A stretch of 24,498 bases of DNA from Planctomycetota bacterium (GTDB lineage Bacteria; Planctomycetota; SZUA-567; H5-PLA8). Of this stretch, positions 6,474-17,382 are shown piece after piece; position 1 is the stretch's first letter; each line of letters begins with the position of its first letter. The notes beneath the pieces were generated by a model, which saw only the letters and a list, made by a program, of their open reading frames with translations, was not told the origin of the DNA and made no database searches. The stretch is taken from contig BTVV01000093.1 of assembly GCA_045863855.1 (NCBI GenBank), forward strand, positions 1-24,498, read 5' to 3'. The position numbers and the translations under genes were made by a program.

Positions 6474-8552
6474 TCACTCCCCTTTGAACGCCCCAAGCAC
6501 GCGCAAACCGTCGAGGTACAGCACCGTCGCGCGGTTGTCCTTGCGGTTGACGCGCACGCCGATCCAGCGCACTTCGCTCAGGTCGATCTCCTTGCCCGCC
6601 AGATCGCAGACGAGCGACTGCGCGCTCTTGGGCGCCACGCTGAACGGAAATTCCGCACGCTTACCCGACGTATCCGTGCCGATGTCTCCGCTGCGCAGTA
6701 CGACGGCCAGTTCGAGCGGCTGCGCGGGATCGGCGTTGAAGCAATCCAGCCGCACCTGCAGTGCGCCCGTCCAATCCCACTTCTGGTCGGCGCCCAAGCT
6801 GAGGTAAAAATCGCTGGCCGGATAGGCCATGCTGCGCGGCTCGAACGAGAGCCGCAGCGCGTTCCCGCCTTCGGTCACCCCCTGCTTGCCCAGCCACGCG
6901 AGCACGTCTTTGCGCGGACGGAAGCTCCAGTTGGTGATCTCGATGCCGTTCTCGAACGTGCCCAGCAGAATCTCGGTTCCCCCCGCGGCGGCTTTGCCGC
7001 GTTCCAGCCGCCACGTGCGGCGCTGTTCGCGCATCTCCGCGTCGAGATCGTCGTCGCTCATCAGCAGCACGGCCAGCTCGTCGTCGGATGGCTGCGGCAA
7101 AAGGTCGGCCGCCGGCGCAACGGGCTCTTTAAGGACGTTCAACCCGTCGGTCCCCAGTTGAAGCTGCGCCCCCGGCAGCACTTCGCGCGCGCCGCCGGGC
7201 GGAGTCCAATACAGCGTGCAGTTCGCCGCGCCGGTGTCGTCGTGACAACGCACCTTCAGCGCGTAAAGTTTGTCTTTCTCGAGTTCGGCCTTGCCTTCGT
7301 GAATCGTTCCCGCGGTCCCCGAATCCCAGGCCTCGATGGCCAACTCGCCGCCGATCCACACCCGCGCGCCTTCGTCGGCCTTGACGCCCAGCGTATACAG
7401 GCCCGTCGCGGGTGCTTTCAGCAGCCCCGTCCACTCGATCCCGAACTCGTTGGTGGGCAACTCATCGGCCGGGCGATCCAGCTTCCAGTCGAACTCGATG
7501 TTCGGATCGCGCTGCACCAGCGCCGGCTCCCCATCGAACTTGCGATTCGCGTAGTAGCGCCCCAAAAGCCCCAGGCGTTCGGAAGCCGGAGCGGCGGTGG
7601 CCGCGGGCCGGAGCAGCTTGGCCGGCGGCGCCGGCGCGGGATCGGCAGGCGGACCTGCGGTCGTCTTCGCGGCGCTCGCGGACGTCTTGTGCTCGGTTCC
7701 GCCGCTCGGCGTCGTCTCCGTGATGCTGCTCTTGCCGCCCTTGGCCGGCGGCTCGGAGCGATCCTTGCCGCCAAAGATCAGGTAGCCCAGCACACCCAGC
7801 AAAACCACCCCTCCGCCGACGCCGGCGTACAGCAATCCCGAACGCGGCGGCTCAGCCGCGGGAATGCGGCCCTGACTGGTCGGCCGCCCGCGGCCGGTAT
7901 TCCGCGCGCTGCGCGGCGCAGGCGCGCCAGCAGGCATGGAGACCGTGCCGCTCGAACGCCGCCGCGCCGAACTGGTCGCGAACGTGGTTCCGCTGCCTTG
8001 ATCGGGAACGTTGTCATCCTCTTCGGGCTGCGCTTGCGGCGGCGGCACCCGCACGCCGCCGCTCTGCGGGCGCACACCTTGCCCGGGGCTCCCCGCCCGC
8101 GCCGGTCCGCTGCCGCGGCGCACGGCGCGCGAGTTCAGCGGCGTGCTCCGAGCGGCCGGCGAATTCACAGGCGTACTCCGGGCCGCAGGCGAATTCACCG
8201 GAGTGCTTCGCGCGGCAGGCGCGCGCCCCGAAGGGCCTTGCCGGGCCGGGCCCGTTGGCGCACGCGTGCGGCTCGTGCCGGGCGAAGGCCGCACGCCCGA
8301 AGCCGGCCGAACGCTCGTCGCCGGACGCCCGCTGGAAGACGGACGCGCCGCAGGCGCTTTCGGCGCCGGCGCGGCTTCTTCCTCTTCTTCATTCAGGTTA
8401 TTTTTCTCGATGCAAGGCAGGCAGAAGTACTCTTTCATGATCTCGCGCGCCTGCCCGCGCGCGAGCATCTCGTCCGTGATGGGCGTTCCGCAGAAATCGC
8501 AAGGCCGTGCCGCCACGTCCAAACCCTCGATCCATACACGCCAGGACGCCAT
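6474..8552 (-). CDS. Membrane-anchored PA14-domain protein with N-terminal CxxC-CxxC motif and Pro/Ala/Arg-rich linker (start may be GTG 8516)
   Basis: CDFC...CLPC N-terminus, low-complexity linker, one TM helix, PA14 motif GLLGRYY...RDPNIEFDW...FGIEWTGLL.AP.TG.YT....DEGARVWI, and a C-terminal beta-rich carbohydrate-binding-like domain. Confidence 0.82.
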   Translation of the reverse strand: MASWRVWIEGLDVAARPCDFCGTPITDEMLARGQAREIMKEYFCLPCIEKNNLNEEEEEAAPAPKAPAARPSSSGRPATSVRPASGVRPSPGTSRTRAPTGPARQGPSGRAPAARSTPVNSPAARSTPVNSPAARSTPLNSRAVRRGSGPARAGSPGQGVRPQSGGVRVPPPQAQPEEDDNVPDQGSGTTFATSSARRRSSGTVSMPAGAPAPRSARNTGRGRPTSQGRIPAAEPPRSGLLYAGVGGGVVLLGVLGYLIFGGKDRSEPPAKGGKSSITETTPSGGTEHKTSASAAKTTAGPPADPAPAPPAKLLRPAATAAPASERLGLLGRYYANRKFDGEPALVQRDPNIEFDWKLDRPADELPTNEFGIEWTGLLKAPATGLYTLGVKADEGARVWIGGELAIEAWDSGTAGTIHEGKAELEKDKLYALKVRCHDDTGAANCTLYWTPPGGAREVLPGAQLQLGTDGLNVLKEPVAPAADLLPQPSDDELAVLLMSDDDLDAEMREQRRTWRLERGKAAAGGTEILLGTFENGIEITNWSFRPRKDVLAWLGKQGVTEGGNALRLSFEPRSMAYPASDFYLSLGADQKWDWTGALQVRLDCFNADPAQPLELAVVLRSGDIGTDTSGKRAEFPFSVAPKSAQSLVCDLAGKEIDLSEVRWIGVRVNRKDNRATVLYLDGLRVLGAFKGE
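8131..8220 (-). repeat. Three tandem 30-nt repeats encoding PAARSTP(V/L)NS
   Basis: Plus-strand units gagttcagcggcgtgctccgagcggccggc / gaattcacaggcgtactccgggccgcaggc / gaattcaccggagtgcttcgcgcggcaggc. Confidence 0.85.
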
Positions 8553-8909
8553 GCTGAAGCATGGCCCTGCGCACCGGCCGTCCCAAGATTCGAAATAGCT
8601 CCCCGCCTACACATGGTGCATGGTAAGCGCTGGGGAACCTGCCCGCCAGCCGAATCCTAACTCCCTGAAGCTCTCGTAGATATACCCGCTTCGCGGCCTG
8701 TGAAACGAAAAAGGCGCGCCTCTCGGTAGATACTTTGCACAGGTGCTGCAACCGCGCTCGATTCGGGCCAGCCAAGCGTTGACTTGCCTCCTCCAACGCG
8801 TCAAAGTGGTTAATGTTAGACGTGGTGCACGACCGCCACGCAAGGTCTTCAGACGCCTCCAGGCAACGTGCTGCTCATGACGTTCGAGCGGCGCCCGAGA
8901 GTTCGCGCG

Positions 8910-10886
8910 ATGAACCTGCCACGCACCTATCGCATAGCCTTAAAGTTCGGGCTCGCGCTGGGTTTGGCGATGACGGGGCTCTTCGTTCACGACCGCCTGT
9001 GGAACGAACCGCTCACCTCGGCCTACCAATACATTTTCTGGTCCGGCGCGGCGCTCTTGATGCTCGTGGTTCTCTTCGGCCACGGCGTACGCGTCCTGCT
9101 TTCGTTTTTCCGCTTCCAGTCGCGCGTGAAATCGTTGATCACCGGCTTGGGCCGCGAGCGCATGGTGCTGTACCAAGCCGCGCTGGCGATGCACCGCGAA
9201 CAGGAAGAACGCGCGCTGGAAATTCTGGCCCAGCTTCCCGAGCAAACGACGCCGGATGTGCAACGTGCGGCGCGCTGGCTGAAAGCCTTGGCCGGCGCGC
9301 AGTGGTTGCGCCGCGAGCGCCGCGTGCTTTCGAATTACCGCGAGCCCTTCCCGCAAATCCACGCGCTCTTCTTCAGCCACGGCCCGCGCCGCGTTCCGCT
9401 GCGCCGCCAGATGCTGGCCCGCGAACTGGCCGAGATCCCTTCCAAGGAACTTGACTCCTTCGCGCGCGGCTACTTCGAACTGATCGAGATGCTCATCCCG
9501 GCTTTGGACCAGCCCGAGCATCCGTTTCACGCGCATGCCGAGGATATCCTGGAGTTCCTCACCGGGCGCATGTACCTCCTCGGCGCGAAGGAACGCTTCG
9601 GCGTCTGGCTGGCGCGGATCAAGCCCTCGCTCCTGCGCGGCGGCGGCGCGCTCATCGCCGCCACGCGGCTCTTGCAGCGCGAGTGCTACCAGGAGGCGCT
9701 CGATCTGCTCAACCGCCTCCGCGCCGACGGGCTGCTCTCCGAGGAGACCGAGACGGTTCGCCGCATGGCCGCGTTCTTTGCGCTGCTCACCCGGCCGCAC
9801 TTGCGCCTGAACAACGCCGAGATCCCGGGGCTCTTCGCCGACCTGCACTATCACGGCTGCGTCGAGATGGGGCTGCTGCGCTACCCCACGGCCGAACAGC
9901 TTCCCGCCGTTGTCGATTGCTGCCGCCGTGCGCGCGACTTGAAGGCCAGCAAGGAGAGCTTCGTCGCAGACCTGCTGGGCTTCTGGGAGGTCTTCGGTGA
10001 CGAACTCGCTCTGCACCTCGCCGCGATTCTCAAGCGCCTGACCGGACACAAGGGCCGCAAATGCCCCGCGCGGATCGGCTTCTGGCGCGACCAGTGGAAG
10101 ACCGTCAAACCCGAGTTCGACCGCTTCGAGATGCTCCTGATGGACGGCATCGCCGCGACATCCGCCGGGCAACTGGCCGCCGCCTCCAATCTCTTCGAGC
10201 GCGCCCACGAACTCGAACCCGGCCAGAACGCTCCGCTGCTGAACCTCTTCTACTTGCGCCTACTCTCCGGCAAGGAAGAGCAGGCGCGCACGTTGGCCGC
10301 CGAACTGGTCCGGCGCTTTCCCTTCGACTCCGGCGCGTTCCTCGCCCTGGGGCGGCTCTTCGCCGCGCACCTGGAAGATATCGAGGAAGCCGAGTACCTC
10401 TTCCGCCGCGCGCGCGAACTCGAACGCCAGTCCATCGAACCGCTGATTCTGCTGGGCGAAGTAAAGCTGATGGAAGGGCGCTACGCCGAAAGCCAGTCCT
10501 ACTTCGATCAAGCCAAACAGCTCGATCCGGCCAGCCTGGAAGCCAAGCTGGGCCTTGCGCGCACATACATGGAAACCAAGCGCTACAACTTGGCCATCGA
10601 TAACCTGCAGTCCGTCGCGCAGGACGGCAACGGCGAGATCCAGCATCTGGCGCACTACCACCTCTACCGCACCTATCGCGAGATGCAGAACGACCGCAAG
10701 GCCATCGAGTTCCTCGACAAGGTCCCGCCCGGCTTCTTCAAGGAGCCCGACGAACTGGACGACATCGCGCTGCATCTGGAAAGCGAACAGCAGTACGCCA
10801 AAGCGCGCGTCTTCAGCGAGCGCGCGATGCTCCTGCGCGCCCGCGGCTTCGGCAGCACCGACGGCCTGGAAGGCGCGGAGATTTAA
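8910..10886 (+). CDS. Tetratricopeptide-repeat protein with two N-terminal TM helices
   Basis: C-terminal TPR-like units (LGEVKLMEGRYAESQSYFDQAKQLDP, LGLARTYMETKRYNLAIDNL); two hydrophobic segments at the N-terminus; start uncertain (8868-8910). Confidence 0.82.
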   Translation: MNLPRTYRIALKFGLALGLAMTGLFVHDRLWNEPLTSAYQYIFWSGAALLMLVVLFGHGVRVLLSFFRFQSRVKSLITGLGRERMVLYQAALAMHREQEERALEILAQLPEQTTPDVQRAARWLKALAGAQWLRRERRVLSNYREPFPQIHALFFSHGPRRVPLRRQMLARELAEIPSKELDSFARGYFELIEMLIPALDQPEHPFHAHAEDILEFLTGRMYLLGAKERFGVWLARIKPSLLRGGGALIAATRLLQRECYQEALDLLNRLRADGLLSEETETVRRMAAFFALLTRPHLRLNNAEIPGLFADLHYHGCVEMGLLRYPTAEQLPAVVDCCRRARDLKASKESFVADLLGFWEVFGDELALHLAAILKRLTGHKGRKCPARIGFWRDQWKTVKPEFDRFEMLLMDGIAATSAGQLAAASNLFERAHELEPGQNAPLLNLFYLRLLSGKEEQARTLAAELVRRFPFDSGAFLALGRLFAAHLEDIEEAEYLFRRARELERQSIEPLILLGEVKLMEGRYAESQSYFDQAKQLDPASLEAKLGLARTYMETKRYNLAIDNLQSVAQDGNGEIQHLAHYHLYRTYREMQNDRKAIEFLDKVPPGFFKEPDELDDIALHLESEQQYAKARVFSERAMLLRARGFGSTDGLEGAEI

Positions 10887-10913
10887 GCCCCAGCCTGCGT
10901 ATCGGCCTGCCGG

Positions 10914-11366
10914 TCAGGCCGGGAGCGCGGATTCTTCGCGGCCCGCCAGCCGCCACACGCCCCACGCCGCCGCCAGACAGCTTACCTGCAACGCCAAGGT
11001 CTGCAGGCCGATGCGCGCCGCATGGGCGGTCCCGAAGCAACCGCAGGAAATATCCAGCCCGCGGGCAAGCGCCGTGACGACGGCGGCGGCAAAAATCAGC
11101 ATCAGCGCGCCGGAGATCATCGCGGCGGCGCGCACCCAAAGACCCAGGATCAGCGCCGCGCCGCAGAGCAGTTCGAGCCAGGGCAGAATCACCGCCAGCA
11201 CCTGATTGGCTTGTGCGGGCAGCAACCGATAGCCGGCGAGTTCCATCGCGAAGCCGTGCGGATCGGCCAGCTTAGCGATCCCGACGTACCCCAGCAGGCC
11301 GCCCAAGGCCAGCGCCAGCCCCCAACGCGCCAGCGGGAGGCGGCGCGCAGCGGCAGGCGCATTCAT
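10914..11366 (-). CDS. MauE/DoxX family membrane protein
   Basis: KLADP..F......YRLLP, LPWLEL..G..LILG and GLDISCGCFG motifs. Confidence 0.88.
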   Translation of the reverse strand: MNAPAAARRLPLARWGLALALGGLLGYVGIAKLADPHGFAMELAGYRLLPAQANQVLAVILPWLELLCGAALILGLWVRAAAMISGALMLIFAAAVVTALARGLDISCGCFGTAHAARIGLQTLALQVSCLAAAWGVWRLAGREESALPA

Positions 11367-11367
11367 C

Positions 11368-14025
11368 TTACTTCACGCTCCGCGCCGAAAGCGGCTCGTC
11401 GGCCCCGGGCGCCAGGGTCACCTTCCAACGCCGCTTTTCGCTCTCCAGTTCCAGCTCGTTGCCTTGCCGGCGCAATCCGAACGGCGGCGGGAAATCCCAC
11501 GGCGAAACGGGCCGCACGCGGAAAACGATCAGTCCCAGTCCTTCGGCGGCCGGCGCGGCCGTCTTGATCGAGATCAGGCGCTTGCGGCCGGCCTGGACCG
11601 CACTCTGCCCATCGAGGCGAACATCGGCGAGCGCCTCCACGGCCGCATTGGATGGCTCCAGCACCGCGAGGTCCAGACCCGCGCGTTCGCCTTCCGAACT
11701 CCAGCGCCCGTCCTGTTCGATCAGGTAGCCCTGCGTATGCCAGTTCCATTGCAGTTCAAGGGGCTGGGCGAGCGACGCCTCGTCCAGCACCACGGCGATA
11801 TCGGGCTTCAGGTACAGGATGCTGCGGCGGTACTTGGTCAGTCCGGCCTGGGCGGGATAGGCCGGCGCCAAGTCCATGACGATCAGATCGGCTTCGGGTT
11901 TGGAGACGGCGCGTTCGATGCGCGGGGCGCGCGGCGCATGCTGCCAAGGCTGATAATTGAGGCGCCCCACATTTTCGCCAAGCTGCCCCATGCCGCCGAA
12001 AAGCATCACGTTCGAGTCGGCGCTTTTCCGGTCGCGCCGGTCGTCGGGAATGCGCAGCGCGTTCTCGCCGAAGCCGTACAGCAGCGGCGCTCCGCAATCG
12101 GGCTCGTTCTGCCCTAGGCCGAAATCGCGGCGCAGGCCAAAGGCCCGGTGGCCCAGCGGCGGGCCCGCGCGCACGGACAGCACCGTCGCCTCGGACGTCC
12201 ACTCGCTGCGCGCGACAACCCAATCCAGATCGGCAAAGTGGGCCAGCGTCGGCAGCGGCGGATCGCGGTCCGGCGGGCGTTCGCGCACCTGCAAGCCCGA
12301 CCAGGGGAAATTCAGATACACCGAATGGTCCTGGCAGGTGTAAGCCTTGGCGAGTTCGGTCGCCAGCCACTGCGCGCGTTCGTGTTCGAGCCCCGCGGGA
12401 TCGGAGAAGCGCTTGGCCAGCGCGCGCAGCACGTGGTCCGGTCCGCTGTCGCAGGACGTATCGTTCCCCGCGAATCCCACGGCATGCGGGCGTTGATTGC
12501 GCAACGCGCCGGGCAAAAGCGTGTGCATGCCGAACCGCCGCGACGCGGCAAACCACGGATGCGAGAAAACATCGATGCCCAGATGCGCGTGCGCCAGATC
12601 CGCCCAGCGCATCAACTGCTCGGCCGCGGTCTGCCAGGCGTAAGCGCCGTGCGGATGCCCGCCGTCGGGGCCTAATGCGGCGAGCGTTTCAAGCAGCAGT
12701 TCGTGCGCCAGATACAGCCAGCCGGGGGCTTCGGGTTCGTCTTCCCTGAACGCCAGCGCGCATTGAAAGAGCGCGCCGCACAAAATGGCGCGCCGCAAAC
12801 TCAGCGGGTCGTCGGCGCCTGGAATGTTGCGCATGGCCAGCCGGCGCGCGACAAGCCCCGCGCGCTGGCGCACGGTCGCGCGGATCCGGGCGCGCGTCTT
12901 CTCGTCGAGCTTGTCGTAAAGCCAGTCGTAGCCGAGCGCCAAGCCTTGCAACTGCCGCGCCGCCGCCCAGTCGATTCCGTTGTACTCTTCAAGGCCCCAC
13001 TGCGGATACCCGCACGACGCATGGATGTGCGCCACCGCCGAATCGAGCGCCTTCTTATCGCCCTTCAGCGCGTACGCGACCGCCAGCGTGGGAATGGCGT
13101 CGCCCGTCGGCACCTGCCATTGCTGATGCGTATCCTTCTGATACTGCGGGTCGGCCATGAACTTGGTGTAGTCCCGCGGACCGGAACTGATCATGCCGTG
13201 CACGCGGCTGAGTACGTGGTCCGATGCCACTTTCAGACTGTCCTGCGCGCCGAAGCGCAGGGCGTTCCATTGCGCCGAATCGAAAAAAAGCCGCGGGTGC
13301 TTGCGCGCGTCGCGCTTGAACGCATCCGGCGCCGGCGTGGACTTGATGCGCCACTCCGAGGCTGGGCGCGGGGTCAGCAGCAGCGCGACGTTGCGGATCG
13401 AAAGGTCCACGCTGCGCGGTTCTCTTACGCCTTTGCTCAGCGACGCCTCCAGCTTCGCGGCCTTGGCGTCCGGCGGAATCTCCAGGTCCATCGCGCGCCA
13501 TTCGCCCAGCGGAAAGAGCGGCAAATCCGGAGTCCGGCACGTTGCCCTGCGAACCTTCTCCTGTTTGCCGTCCTTGGTTTCGAAACCGTATTGCCCCAGC
13601 CATACGTGCGGCGAATACGTCTCGGCGTCGGCGGATTCGATGCGGTACTCGAAGCGCAACAGCACGAAGCGCCCCGGCGGCACGTCCACGCTCGGCAGCG
13701 AGGCGAACGTCCAGAGGTTCTTGCGTTCGGCGCCTTTGATTCGCAGCACGCCCGGTTCGGACACGCTCAGTTCGACGCCCGGCGAGGCGCTCCAACCTTC
13801 CGCGTCGGACTTGAACGCAAACGCTTTCAGGGTGCCGAAGCCGCTGCCCTTTTCGGGCAACGGAGGCGGGGGGGTAAGATGCCAGGCTTCGGGTATCGCA
13901 TCGAGCACCGTCGCGGGCACTTCACCCGCCGCGCATGCACTCAGGACGGCCACACTTAACGCCGGCAACGCCCCAAGGGTCGCGCGCCGCAAGAACCGGC
14001 TCCGTCCGCCCGATCGCCCATTCAT
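11368..14025 (-). CDS. DUF4962 / heparinase II/III-like protein, probable lipoprotein, catalytic motifs degenerate
   Basis: HPRLFF, LA.GYDWLY..L, GPDGG, F.DL.WVVARS.W, GPP.GH and RRSILYLKP motifs; LSAC lipobox-like N-terminus. Confidence 0.75.
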   Translation of the reverse strand: MNGRSGGRSRFLRRATLGALPALSVAVLSACAAGEVPATVLDAIPEAWHLTPPPPLPEKGSGFGTLKAFAFKSDAEGWSASPGVELSVSEPGVLRIKGAERKNLWTFASLPSVDVPPGRFVLLRFEYRIESADAETYSPHVWLGQYGFETKDGKQEKVRRATCRTPDLPLFPLGEWRAMDLEIPPDAKAAKLEASLSKGVREPRSVDLSIRNVALLLTPRPASEWRIKSTPAPDAFKRDARKHPRLFFDSAQWNALRFGAQDSLKVASDHVLSRVHGMISSGPRDYTKFMADPQYQKDTHQQWQVPTGDAIPTLAVAYALKGDKKALDSAVAHIHASCGYPQWGLEEYNGIDWAAARQLQGLALGYDWLYDKLDEKTRARIRATVRQRAGLVARRLAMRNIPGADDPLSLRRAILCGALFQCALAFREDEPEAPGWLYLAHELLLETLAALGPDGGHPHGAYAWQTAAEQLMRWADLAHAHLGIDVFSHPWFAASRRFGMHTLLPGALRNQRPHAVGFAGNDTSCDSGPDHVLRALAKRFSDPAGLEHERAQWLATELAKAYTCQDHSVYLNFPWSGLQVRERPPDRDPPLPTLAHFADLDWVVARSEWTSEATVLSVRAGPPLGHRAFGLRRDFGLGQNEPDCGAPLLYGFGENALRIPDDRRDRKSADSNVMLFGGMGQLGENVGRLNYQPWQHAPRAPRIERAVSKPEADLIVMDLAPAYPAQAGLTKYRRSILYLKPDIAVVLDEASLAQPLELQWNWHTQGYLIEQDGRWSSEGERAGLDLAVLEPSNAAVEALADVRLDGQSAVQAGRKRLISIKTAAPAAEGLGLIVFRVRPVSPWDFPPPFGLRRQGNELELESEKRRWKVTLAPGADEPLSARSVK

Positions 14026-14066
14026 TGCGCTTATCTATATCAGAAGCCCCGGCTTCCTGCACCGGC

Positions 14067-14984
14067 CTACTCCTGCCCGGGTTCGGCCTCCGGCTCCAAG
14101 TCCTGCTCGGGCAATTCCGTATAACGCCCTTCCAGCACGATCTCGCCGGACACGGTCATGCTTACCGTCTTCCCCTCGGCCTCCAGATGTCCGCTGAAAC
14201 TGAACGTCATGCTCAGCGCGTCCTTGGGCTTGCCGATGGCGGCGTTCTTGGGATACAGCCCCGTGTACTTCACCGACAACTCCGAGCGCTCGGGCTTCAC
14301 GTTCGGCGGGCAGCCCGGGGGAACGAAGCTCGCGGTCTCCAGGGTGGCTTTGACTTCGAGGCATTCCACCGGCCCCTCGGCCTTCAATCCGGCCAGCGTA
14401 ACCGTGCCTTTCAGGTCTTCGGGCTTAAGCGAACCGCCGAAGCCGGAGAGCCGCTTCGCCGCGGCCTCCGAATTGGCCGGCCACTCCGAACCCAGGAACT
14501 GCGGATTGGGCGATCCGAAAAGCTGATCTTCGGTCGGTCCCGTGCCGCCCAGCTCGAAGAACAGCTCCAGCGCTTCCACCGTCTCCTGCGGCGCGGGCTT
14601 CCCGTCGATGCGGTACACCTCGCGCCCTTCCTCGCGGCTCACGGCCAGTACCGTCCCCTTCTCGAGGATCGCGCGCTTGCCTTTCGAGTCGGTCGCTTCG
14701 CACTTTTCGACGACGCATTCGTACCCCAGCGGCCGGCCCACGCCGTCCACCGCGGTTACCTTCTGCACCGCGGCAAAGACAAGCTTGCGGTTCTCTTCCT
14801 CGCCCTGAGCGGCCTCGCCGGGCGGCTGGAGCTGAATCTTGAGCTTCTCGGAATGAACCAGCACCGCGTGGCGGCGATGCCCGGCCTTAACGGGCCGGTG
14901 GAGTTGGATCGCGTACTCCGTCGCCGCCTGCGCGGCTCCGGCGCACAGCAACACCATCATCGATACGACGCGCACAGCGCGCAT
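14067..14984 (-). CDS. Hypothetical secreted protein
   Basis: Signal peptide ending AAQA, AAAGGA SD upstream, coding-like composition. Confidence 0.75.
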   Translation of the reverse strand: MRAVRVVSMMVLLCAGAAQAATEYAIQLHRPVKAGHRRHAVLVHSEKLKIQLQPPGEAAQGEEENRKLVFAAVQKVTAVDGVGRPLGYECVVEKCEATDSKGKRAILEKGTVLAVSREEGREVYRIDGKPAPQETVEALELFFELGGTGPTEDQLFGSPNPQFLGSEWPANSEAAAKRLSGFGGSLKPEDLKGTVTLAGLKAEGPVECLEVKATLETASFVPPGCPPNVKPERSELSVKYTGLYPKNAAIGKPKDALSMTFSFSGHLEAEGKTVSMTVSGEIVLEGRYTELPEQDLEPEAEPGQE

Positions 14985-15020
14985 GGCAGTCCTTTCGAGA
15001 ATCGGGAAGTTTGAAGGCGG

Positions 15021-15239
15021 TCAGGCGTGCGGCGCATCCAGCGTCTCGGGCTCGTCCGGCACGACAACCTCTTCGGGCGGAATCCAGACAACCTTCCCGT
15101 CCTCCCAGACGCAGATCGGTTGCCCGAGCAGCTTTTGTTCGAGCAGCACCTGCCGCGCCGCGCGCTTGAGCGCCGCGTCGATGGCCGCGCCCTCGGCTAC
15201 GAGATCGGTCAGCGGGCGAGGTTCAGCCTTTCGAATCAT
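15021..15239 (-). CDS. Small hypothetical protein, typical downstream partner of zeta-toxin-like ATPases
   Basis: AL..A......K.LG.PI.VW.DGKVVWIPPEE pattern; lies directly after the ATPase pseudogene. Confidence 0.75.
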   Translation of the reverse strand: MIRKAEPRPLTDLVAEGAAIDAALKRAARQVLLEQKLLGQPICVWEDGKVVWIPPEEVVVPDEPETLDAPHA

Positions 15240-15286
15240 GGCTCCATTTCCTCGCTTGCGGCCAAAGTTCGACGTCCCGAACGCCG

Positions 15287-15733
15287 CTAAGCGGGCGCCT
15301 TCGCATCTGAATTATCGTAAAAATACCAGCGATCCGCAATAGACATGTAAAGCCGGAAGAAATGGCTTAACCCCGAGCGATACCGCCTCCGTATGATGGC
15401 TTCAGGAATTTCGTGGCCGCCCCGGCTTACGCGTTCGGCCATTCGAGCCACGGCTTGATCCGGGCTGGGCAGCCAATAATACAGCAACAGGAACCCATAG
15501 CCGGAATCTTTGAGCGATTTTATCCAAGGTACAAAAGATCGGCTCGCCAAGGTGCTCTCGAATGCGAATGACCGGCGCTCATGCGCCAACTCCCGCCAAG
15601 CCTTGCGCGATCACGTCCGCGTTTACAAAAGCTTCGACGCCAAGAAAATCGTTTATAATTGTGGAGGCCGACGTCGTCTTTCCTGCCCCGTTAGGTCCGC
15701 CTAATAGGATGACCCAAGGCCGCTCGGCCGCGC

Positions 15734-15737
<4 letters not shown>
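15287..15737 (-). pseudogene. Zeta-toxin-like / predicted ABC-type P-loop ATPase, frameshifted
   Basis: GGPNGAGKTT Walker A and FVNADVIAQGL lie in one frame (stop at 15579); SFAFESTLA, RGGH.IPE..IRRRY and YDNS lie in another. ATG 15737 overlaps the trpB stop. Confidence 0.82.
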
Positions 15738-16966
<1,229 letters not shown>

Positions 16967-17100
16967 CGTTGCCGTCCTCGCCGTTCGAGCCGCCCCCAAG
17001 GTACGCGCCACGGCGGGCTGGCACAAGCCGAGGGGCGAACCGTTCCGTGCGCCGCGGCGGCCCGCGGGCTATACTCGGCATCCCGCTAACGGAGGCCGCC

Positions 17101-17382
17101 GTGACGCCGCTCTCGCGAGACACCGAGCCCTGGGCCGAAGCGCTCCAGGCCGAACTGATCCGCAACGCCACGCCCGCGCAGCGCCTCAAGCTGGCCCTGC
17201 AACTTACCTGCTTCAGTTGGAACGCCACGCGCGCGGCCATCGACCGCCTGCATCCCGAAAAGTCGCAGGACGAACGCGACCGACTGTTTCTGACTCAGCT
17301 TTACGGGAGCGATACGGCCGAGTGGTTTTTCGTGAACCGCGACCGCCAGCGCCGCGAGACGCAGGCGCGGGAGCGGACGTGA
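17101..17382 (+). CDS. Small helical hypothetical protein coupled to the nucleotidyltransferase (putative antitoxin-like partner)
   Basis: GGAGG SD then GTG 17101; DT.P.AE..Q.EL.R..TP.QRL...HP..S..E.......LYG pattern; its TGA overlaps the next GTG. Confidence 0.72.
   Translation: MTPLSRDTEPWAEALQAELIRNATPAQRLKLALQLTCFSWNATRAAIDRLHPEKSQDERDRLFLTQLYGSDTAEWFFVNRDRQRRETQARERT

Noticed and set aside
8131..8220. 30-nt repeats as a CRISPR array
   Set aside because: The units are directly adjacent with no spacers, lie in frame within a CDS, and no cas genes are nearby.
6324..8660. 778-aa plus-strand ORF
   Set aside because: Antisense shadow of the PA14 protein with no domain motifs.
8776..8804. 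Overlapping inverted repeats (GCGTTG-N-CAACGC, TTGAC-N16-GTCAA) in the divergent intergenic region
   Set aside because: The arms are short and no convincing -10 element sits at proper spacing; they could be chance.
11368..14025. Tat signal in the lyase-like protein (GRSRFLRR)
   Set aside because: It does not match the RRxFL spacing, so the export route is left undetermined.
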